A stretch of 33,234 bases of DNA from an uncultured Zetaproteobacteria bacterium (lineage in GTDB: Bacteria; Pseudomonadota; Zetaproteobacteria; Mariprofundales; Mariprofundaceae): the NCBI GenBank assembly GCA_947311795.1, contig CAMZLX010000111.1:1-33234 (forward strand), read 5' to 3'. The position numbers were made by a program, and so were the translations under genes. This document shows positions 27,458-33,234 of the stretch, piece after piece; the first letter of the stretch is position 1; every line of letters starts with the position of its first letter. Below the pieces are notes generated by a model. That model saw nothing but the letters and a program-made list of their open reading frames with translations, did not search any database and was not told where the DNA came from.

Positions 27458-28921
27458 TTAGTCTGGTAAAATTGACCAGCCAGGTTTCATCTTGGCTTGA
27501 TAAATAAAGGTGTGATGGAGAAGGGATTTTATCCAATGTCCAGCCAAACCAATTTCACCAGTGGTGAGTTCAATATCACGACCATGTTCAGGGTATTTTT
27601 CAAAATCAGGAACTACAGGATAAACTGTCATGGTTGCAGCGCCACCTTTAAACATGCTTGCGCCAGTTGATGCAACACAAGCTGCACCCATTTCAGCCAT
27701 AGATGCATGATGCGTTGGTTCTTCAGCACCTTTCTTAATCATATCGCTCACGCTGTTTGCCACAGCGATCGCCATTGCTGCAGAAGGCATGCCCGTACGC
27801 GGGGGCGTAGGGTTAATCGGTGTACCATTTGCGCTTTGCATGGGTTTACTAATTAAATGTGGTGGCGCAAAAGCGATACCAATGGCAAATATATTTTTGT
27901 GCGAAGGTGTTTGATAATGTTTTGGCCAATCGCCTGCACTCCATTCTTCATATGGGCGAGGTGTGTAGTCAGCATCAACTTTCATGAAACCATTGGGCGC
28001 GAAAATATCGCTGGTAATGTCTTCGCCATCTTTATCGAATGCTTGCAAACCAACACCCGCAAATGGTGGAATCAACATGGAGAAATCAAATTCGATTTCA
28101 TGGGTTGTGCCATCTAGCGTTTCATAATGAATTTTACCTGCTTCAACTTTAGATACATGCGCACGTGTAATCCATTCAATATCGCGCTCTACCATCAATG
28201 ATTCAGCAAATGTTTTACCATTGGTGATGTAACCACCACGCTTGATATGCACGCCGCCCATACCAAAATCACCAAGCTCATATTCATTGCTTAACCAGAC
28301 GATGCGAGCTTTATCACGAACGCCAGCATCTTTAAGTACATGTTCAACGTTATAGATATACTCAAATGCAGCACCTTGGCATGTGCACATGCCGTGCCCA
28401 GTTCCGATGACAATGGTACATTCCTTGCCTTCGCGCATGGATTCAATGGTTGCTTGAAGTTTTTCACTGGCTTCGATGGCATGGCTTGGTGTACAAACTG
28501 ACACGGTGTGACCATGGTCAGGACCTAACCCTTCAGTGGCACCAAAGTTTAGTTTTGGCCCTGTTGCATTGATTAAATAATCATATTCGATGTTTTCTTG
28601 CTCGCCAGCTTTACCTTCCAATGTGTATTCTACGGTAACAAAAGGTTTCTCGCTGTCTTTGCCGCCATCTGGATGAATGGATAGCGCTTTGGCTTGTCTA
28701 AAATCGACATTGGTTTTTCTTTTATAAACGTCGGCAAGGTCGAAAGTGACATCTTCCTCTTTCATTTGACCGACGCCGACCCAAATGTTTGAAGGAACCC
28801 AGTTCCAGTTTGCGTTGGGAGAAACCATAATGATTTCATGCTTCTTACCCAAAGATTTGTTTAAATATCGTGCTGCTGTGTGACCTGAAATACCAGCCCC
28901 TAGAATGACTACCCGTGCCAT
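27458..28921 (-). CDS. sqr: Sulfide:quinone oxidoreductase-family flavoprotein
   Basis: GAGISG FAD motif, YDYLINATG, three SQR Cys positions (SVCT, CTCQGAAFEY, AACVAS), PPRTG. Confidence 0.82.
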   Translation of the reverse strand: MARVVILGAGISGHTAARYLNKSLGKKHEIIMVSPNANWNWVPSNIWVGVGQMKEEDVTFDLADVYKRKTNVDFRQAKALSIHPDGGKDSEKPFVTVEYTLEGKAGEQENIEYDYLINATGPKLNFGATEGLGPDHGHTVSVCTPSHAIEASEKLQATIESMREGKECTIVIGTGHGMCTCQGAAFEYIYNVEHVLKDAGVRDKARIVWLSNEYELGDFGMGGVHIKRGGYITNGKTFAESLMVERDIEWITRAHVSKVEAGKIHYETLDGTTHEIEFDFSMLIPPFAGVGLQAFDKDGEDITSDIFAPNGFMKVDADYTPRPYEEWSAGDWPKHYQTPSHKNIFAIGIAFAPPHLISKPMQSANGTPINPTPPRTGMPSAAMAIAVANSVSDMIKKGAEEPTHHASMAEMGAACVASTGASMFKGGAATMTVYPVVPDFEKYPEHGRDIELTTGEIGLAGHWIKSLLHHTFIYQAKMKPGWSILPD

Positions 28922-28955
28922 AAACTCTCCTCCCTACGTGTGAATTTAGCGCATA

Positions 28956-28983
28956 AACATATTATGTAATAATGATATGTCAA
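28956..28983 (-). promoter_or_regulatory. sqr promoter with an overlapping inverted-repeat operator
   Basis: TTGACA-N16-TATGTT; ACATAT-N12-ATATGT inverted repeat (28957-28980). Confidence 0.55.
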
Positions 28984-29159
28984 ATCAATTTAGCCGCACA
29001 AGTTTTAGGGTTGATGTTGGACAATAGAAAAAAAGGGCATCAAATGCAGTGATAAATGTTGCAAATTTTGATATGCGTTAAAAATAAAATTGTGGGCTGG
29101 GTCATATTTGTCAGTGATGAACAATGCTGTTATCTTGCCAGAGGTAGGGGAGCTTTGAG

Positions 29160-29756
29160 ATGACATTAAGTACATTTTTATTGATTTTATTGGGTATTAT
29201 TGTTTTGCTAATTGTTTGGTTTGTTGTGATGTATAACCGATTGGTATCACTGAAAAACTTGTTCAAAAACGGATTTTCACAAATTGATGTGCAGCTTAAT
29301 CGACGGTATGACCTTATCCCTAATTTAGTGGAAGCAGCAAAAGCATATTTATCCCATGAGCGTGAGACTTTAGATGCAGTAATTTCTGCACGGAATGCGG
29401 CTGCATCTGCCATGAAAGCTGCAAAACGCGACCCTGCGAACACGAAAGCTATGCAATCTTTTGTGGCTGCTGAATCGGCTTTGGGCGGTGCTATGCTTAA
29501 TTTTAATGCGTTAACGGAAGCATACCCTGAGCTTAAAGCCAATGAAACGATTGCCCAGTTGCAAGAAGAGTTGGTGTCCACTGAAAATCGTGTGGCATTT
29601 GCCCGCCAACGATACAATGATGATGTGATGGCGTACAATACACAGCGCCAATTGTTTCCTGATGTATTGATTGCCAATATGTTTAACTTTGATGAAGCAG
29701 TTTATTTTGAGCTGACCAACCCTGAGCAAGCCCAACCGGTACAGGTGAAGTTCTAA
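29160..29756 (+). CDS. lemA: LemA family protein
   Basis: N-terminal TM, YNRLV, IDVQLNRRYDLIPNLV, EAYPELKAN, TENRVAFARQRYND. Confidence 0.95.
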   Translation: MTLSTFLLILLGIIVLLIVWFVVMYNRLVSLKNLFKNGFSQIDVQLNRRYDLIPNLVEAAKAYLSHERETLDAVISARNAAASAMKAAKRDPANTKAMQSFVAAESALGGAMLNFNALTEAYPELKANETIAQLQEELVSTENRVAFARQRYNDDVMAYNTQRQLFPDVLIANMFNFDEAVYFELTNPEQAQPVQVKF

Positions 29757-29772
29757 CCTCTTTTTAAACCCT

Positions 29773-31665
29773 ATGGATTTTTTCCAATACAAAGCCAATG
29801 CCAAGCGGAATACGTTTTGGTTATATGTGTTATTTGCGGTGGCATTATTGGCAATTACTTTGGCTGTGTATGCAGCAGTTACCGTATCTTTTTATATACT
29901 CCCTGCATTTTGGCGAGACTTTGAATCGCCACAACAATTTTGGCAGTGGCAGCGCTTTTTGTATGTCTCGTTAGCTGCATCTGTGTTCATTCTCGCAGGC
30001 AGTTGGTATAAAATTTATCAGCTTAAAAAAGGTGGCGGCATTGCCATTGCCCAAATGCTTGGTGGCACGCGCTTAAGCAAAAGCAATGACCCACAAGAGC
30101 GGCAGTTGCGGAATATTATTGAAGAAATGGCGGTGGCATCGGGTGTGCCTACACCAGCCATATTTATTTTGGAGCAGCAGGGTATCAATGCTTTTGCCTC
30201 AGGTTATGCTTACCAAGATACAGCCATTGCTGTCACGCGTGGCGCGATGGATATGTTAAACCGCGATGAAATGCAGGGTGTGATTGCGCATGAGTTTAGT
30301 CATCTTTTGCATGGGGATACGTTGCTCAAAATGAAAATGATGGGGCTTTTGCATGGCATCACCATGATTTCAGATGTTGGTATTGTGATGATTGCAGGAC
30401 GAAATACCATATCCCACTCCAATTATAAAGGTGGCTCGCATCCTGCATTGATGTTGTCAGGTGTTTTGTTTTTTGCCATTGGGCTGATTGGTATGTTGGC
30501 AGCAGATATGATTAAGGCTGCCATGTCGCGGCAACGAGAGTATTTGGCTGATGCATCGGCAGTGCAATTTACACGAAACCCTGAAGGTATTGCAGGTGCG
30601 CTCAAGGTGATGGGTGGTTATAAGGCAGGCTCTCGTTTGCGTTTGCCCGAAGTGCAGCAGGTGAGTCATTTGTTTTTTGGTGATGCGCTACAATCGTGGT
30701 GGCAAAGCAATTGGTGGGCAACACATCCGCCACTTGTTGCACGAATCAAACGTATTGACCCAAGGTTTCGTGGTAAGATACCTAAACTACAAGAATCCGC
30801 TGTGCGCGCACGTAACCTTGAGCAAGCAAACATGATGTTTGCGCCACCGCCCAGTGCTGAACAATTACAAACTCAGGTTGACTCGGTGATGCAAAGTATT
30901 GGTGAGCCGACTACGAACCATTTGTCAGCCGCGCAACATATTTTAGCCAAAATACCTGAAGATGTGCGTGAGCGATTGTTTGAAGAAGAGATGGCGAAAT
31001 CGATGTGTTATTTATTACTTCTGGATGAAGATAAAGATATTCAGCGCACGCAATTAGCCACGGTTAGCCGCAATGATAGCTCTCAAGTCTTGCGTGAACT
31101 TATCCGCTTACAACAGATGATGCCAAAGGTGGATGTTAACCTTCGCCTACCACTGTTGGATATGGTTTTACCGCAGTTATCCATGATTCAAGGTGAGCAA
31201 AGGCGTTTGTTTTTAAATACATTAAAACAACTGATTGAAGCCAATAGAAAATTAAGTTTATTTGAATACTTATTGCATCAAAGCATTGTGAACGTTGTCA
31301 ATCATGATGAAAAGCAGCGTGGTGATAAGTTTATCGCCATCGAAAGTTTGAAATATGAGGTTGCAGCACTTCTTTTTATGGTTTGTCTCCAATGCAAGGC
31401 TCAAACAAGCAAACGTATTCAAAAAGAAGCACTTGGCGAATTGTTTCCTGGTTATCATATTAAGGTAACATTAGAACCAAGTTTGGCTGAAGTCGTTAAG
31501 GGTTTGAAAAAGCTTAACCTATGTTCATTTGCGGATAAAAAACGTTTGCTTCAGGCAGTTGTTTATTGTGTGTTAAGTGATGGCGTGGTTCACCCTGAAG
31601 AAGTGGAAACCATGCGTTTTATTGCCATGATGCTTGAGTGCCCTATGCCTTTATTGGTTGGATGA
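29773..31665 (+). CDS. M48 (HtpX-like) membrane zinc metalloprotease with C-terminal TerB-like extension
   Basis: INAFASG, HEFSH, SRQREYLADA, THPPL; follows lemA. Confidence 0.9.
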   Translation: MDFFQYKANAKRNTFWLYVLFAVALLAITLAVYAAVTVSFYILPAFWRDFESPQQFWQWQRFLYVSLAASVFILAGSWYKIYQLKKGGGIAIAQMLGGTRLSKSNDPQERQLRNIIEEMAVASGVPTPAIFILEQQGINAFASGYAYQDTAIAVTRGAMDMLNRDEMQGVIAHEFSHLLHGDTLLKMKMMGLLHGITMISDVGIVMIAGRNTISHSNYKGGSHPALMLSGVLFFAIGLIGMLAADMIKAAMSRQREYLADASAVQFTRNPEGIAGALKVMGGYKAGSRLRLPEVQQVSHLFFGDALQSWWQSNWWATHPPLVARIKRIDPRFRGKIPKLQESAVRARNLEQANMMFAPPPSAEQLQTQVDSVMQSIGEPTTNHLSAAQHILAKIPEDVRERLFEEEMAKSMCYLLLLDEDKDIQRTQLATVSRNDSSQVLRELIRLQQMMPKVDVNLRLPLLDMVLPQLSMIQGEQRRLFLNTLKQLIEANRKLSLFEYLLHQSIVNVVNHDEKQRGDKFIAIESLKYEVAALLFMVCLQCKAQTSKRIQKEALGELFPGYHIKVTLEPSLAEVVKGLKKLNLCSFADKKRLLQAVVYCVLSDGVVHPEEVETMRFIAMMLECPMPLLVG

Positions 31666-31818
31666 TTTGTCTTGGTATTGGCGGTGAAAGAAATGCCCGC
31701 GAACCCACCGCTCATAGATAAGTTCGAAACCGATAGAACTCACTATAAAACTAAAAAAGATGATAATAGCTTTTGGGTTTGTTGTATAAGTATAATGTAG
31801 AAGCGTTGCAAGTGCCAT
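31651..31818 (-). pseudogene. 55-codon membrane ORF, probable 3' remnant of an APC-family permease
   Basis: MALATLLHYTYTTNPKAIIIFFSFIVSSIGFELIYERWVRGHFFHRQY... resembles terminal TM helices of a transporter. In-frame stops lie immediately upstream; 15-bp convergent overlap with the M48 gene. Confidence 0.45.
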
Positions 31819-31988
31819 ACTTCACCCCCGTCAGGAGGTCGATTACTGCATGTTTACAATGATTACAAATCCAGGTTTTCAGATAACGTCTAACTCATTG
31901 TTTACAAGCAATAGAGGTCAGATACGAATGGAAATCGGGGAGAGTTTACTCTCTCTCAATGATGAGTTGTATAAATTGGGAACAGTAA

Positions 31989-32252
31989 CTAATAGTGCTT
32001 ACGGCAGGAAAGGATGGTGATGTAGGCATCATCAACGGCATAAACCAAGCGATTGGTATCATCGATTCGCCTTGACCAAAAGCCCGATAAGCTGCCTTTA
32101 AGCGGTTCAGGTTTTCCAATGCCTGTGAAATGATTTCTTTGCACATCTTTGATAAGGGTGTTGATGCGTTTCAGGGTTTTACGGTCTTGGCGTTGCCACC
32201 ACACATAATCTTGCCATGCATGGTTTGTCCAAGCGAGTTGCTTAGTCATCAA
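31989..32252 (-). CDS. yoeB: YoeB/Txe toxin
   Basis: AWQDY.WWQ.QDRK...GIGKPEPLK..LSGFWSRRIDDTNRLVY...HY. Confidence 0.93.
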   Translation of the reverse strand: MMTKQLAWTNHAWQDYVWWQRQDRKTLKRINTLIKDVQRNHFTGIGKPEPLKGSLSGFWSRRIDDTNRLVYAVDDAYITILSCRKHY

Positions 32253-32496
32253 GCAAATCTTTGGTTTTGGCTTTTCCTTCGCGGTATTGCTGGATGCTTT
32301 CCATCAGGTGTTTGGCATTGGCAGGGGACTCTAAGAGGTGAAGAGTTTCCATGATGCCATTAAAATAATCAAAACCCATGACCACTGCATCGGCACTGTC
32401 TCGGCGGTTGATGATGGTATAGTCAGCATCATCGACCACATCATCAAGCAGGCGTTTTAGGTTGTTTCGTGCTTCTGTAAAGTTTACCACTTGCAT
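32242..32496 (-). CDS. yefM: YefM/Axe antitoxin
   Basis: VNFTEARNNLK...ETLHLL.SPANAKHL..SI; overlaps the toxin start. Confidence 0.93.
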   Translation of the reverse strand: MQVVNFTEARNNLKRLLDDVVDDADYTIINRRDSADAVVMGFDYFNGIMETLHLLESPANAKHLMESIQQYREGKAKTKDLLDD

Positions 32497-32510
32497 ATCA
32501 ATATCTCACA

Positions 32511-32528
32511 TGTACAACTTATGGAACA
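32511..32528 (-). promoter_or_regulatory. YefM-type operator core
   Basis: TGTACA (32511-16), the known YefM/Axe core palindrome, with a degenerate copy GGAACA 12 bp away, just upstream of yefM. Confidence 0.55.
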
Positions 32529-32590
32529 AGTCTAGTGAATTGATGAAACATGTGCAAGTTATAAGACATTTGTTAACCAATATAGAAGAT

Positions 32591-32761
32591 TTAAAGGCTT
32601 ACAAACTGCTTACGTGCATCAAGCAGTTTTACGATATAGTTGCGGGTTTCTGCATGAGGATGGTTGGTCTTCAACATTCTAAGCACTTCAGCCGTGGATA
32701 AATTGTTGATGATACCAATGGCTTTGCTGGGTGATGATGTGCCGCTAAATGTTTTTAAAAT
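32591..32761 (-). pseudogene. 3' remnant of an MltC-like lytic murein transglycosylase
   Basis: Start-less frame ILKTFSG...AIGIINNLSTAEVLRMLKTNHPHAETRNYIVKLLDARKQFVSL* resembles the MltC C-terminus and is preceded by in-frame TAA TAG. Confidence 0.7.
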
Positions 32762-32888
32762 CTATTAGGGTGACGATAAATAAATGTTGCTAACTATTTG
32801 ACATGTGAAGGGTAATCAGTGATGTTTACTCTAGGTGAAGCATTTATGCTTGGCTTTAAATTAAAATATAAAAGTGGAAGGTGTAATA

Positions 32889-33092
32889 ATGTCAATTGCA
32901 AAAGTTACTGAAGTAATCGCATATTCGGAAAAGAGTTTTGATGATGCTATAGAAAAGGGTGTTAAAAGAGCTTGTAAAACGATTGAAAATGTTTCAGGTG
33001 TTTGGGTTAAAGATCAATCTATGAGCGTTAAGAATGGAAAAATAAAGAGCTATAGTGTAAATTTAAAAATCACTTTCATTTTGAAGGACTAA
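32889..33092 (+). CDS. Dodecin family flavin-binding protein
   Basis: SIAKVTEVIA.S.KSFDDAI..G..RA.KT..NV...WVKDQ...Y.VNLKITF; SD GGAAGG. Confidence 0.88.
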   Translation: MSIAKVTEVIAYSEKSFDDAIEKGVKRACKTIENVSGVWVKDQSMSVKNGKIKSYSVNLKITFILKD

Positions 33093-33094
33093 GT

Positions 33095-33234
33095 TGTAGT
33101 GGTCCAGTAAAAGTATAGACATCGAAAAGGGTTATGCTGCTTGTGGCAGCGTTTGCTGAACACTTTCATATTCATTGGGACTAAGATAGCCCAAATATGA
33201 ATGTGCTCTGCAACTGTTGTAGAACATTTCGATA
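33095..33234 (-). mobile_element. Right end of an IS3-family insertion sequence, continuing beyond the window
   Basis: Terminal IR TGTAGTGGTCCAGTAAAAGTATAGACA (33095-33121). Minus frame 33132-33233 reads IEMFYNSCRAHSYLGYLSPNEYE...*, the IS3 OrfB integrase C-terminus. Confidence 0.88.

Noticed and set aside
1-33234. CRISPR arrays, tRNA/rRNA genes, prophage
   Set aside because: No regularly spaced repeats, RNA gene signatures or phage genes seen by eye; hflD is a host gene.

Overview
Bacterial chromosomal window from an AT-leaning Gram-negative organism. The gene content tentatively suggests a marine proteobacterium such as a Zetaproteobacterium, which I cannot verify here. Left part: thioredoxin, then a minus-strand housekeeping run (hflD, ruvC, Hanks-type Ser/Thr kinase, rlmD-like, ABC substrate-binding protein, DEDDh exonuclease, recG), a DUF455 protein, and a LuxR regulator/hybrid kinase/mgtE/lytic transglycosylase operon. 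Centre (14.5-24.3 kb), the main candidate: a divergent operon of four secreted DUF11/CnaB-like proteins plus a tandem cNMP-binding protein. Two Thr/Ala/Val-rich subunits end in a truncated DUF11 domain and appear to carry the missing Asn-bearing strands at their mature N-terminus. A small protein has only the truncated domain. A ~1860-aa OmpA/beta-barrel protein has only the N-terminal strand plus one complete internal DUF11. This pattern fits a donor-strand, possibly isopeptide-linked, Gram-negative pilus with a cap, shaft and outer-membrane base. Strong intergenic hairpins could set subunit stoichiometry. Right part: recO, era, prfB (+1 frameshift), sqr with an unannotated 54-aa partner, lemA, an M48 protease, then a scar zone (probable permease remnant, yefM-yoeB, mltC-like remnant, dodecin, IS3 end). 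All family calls come from motif recognition by eye; no database search was run.
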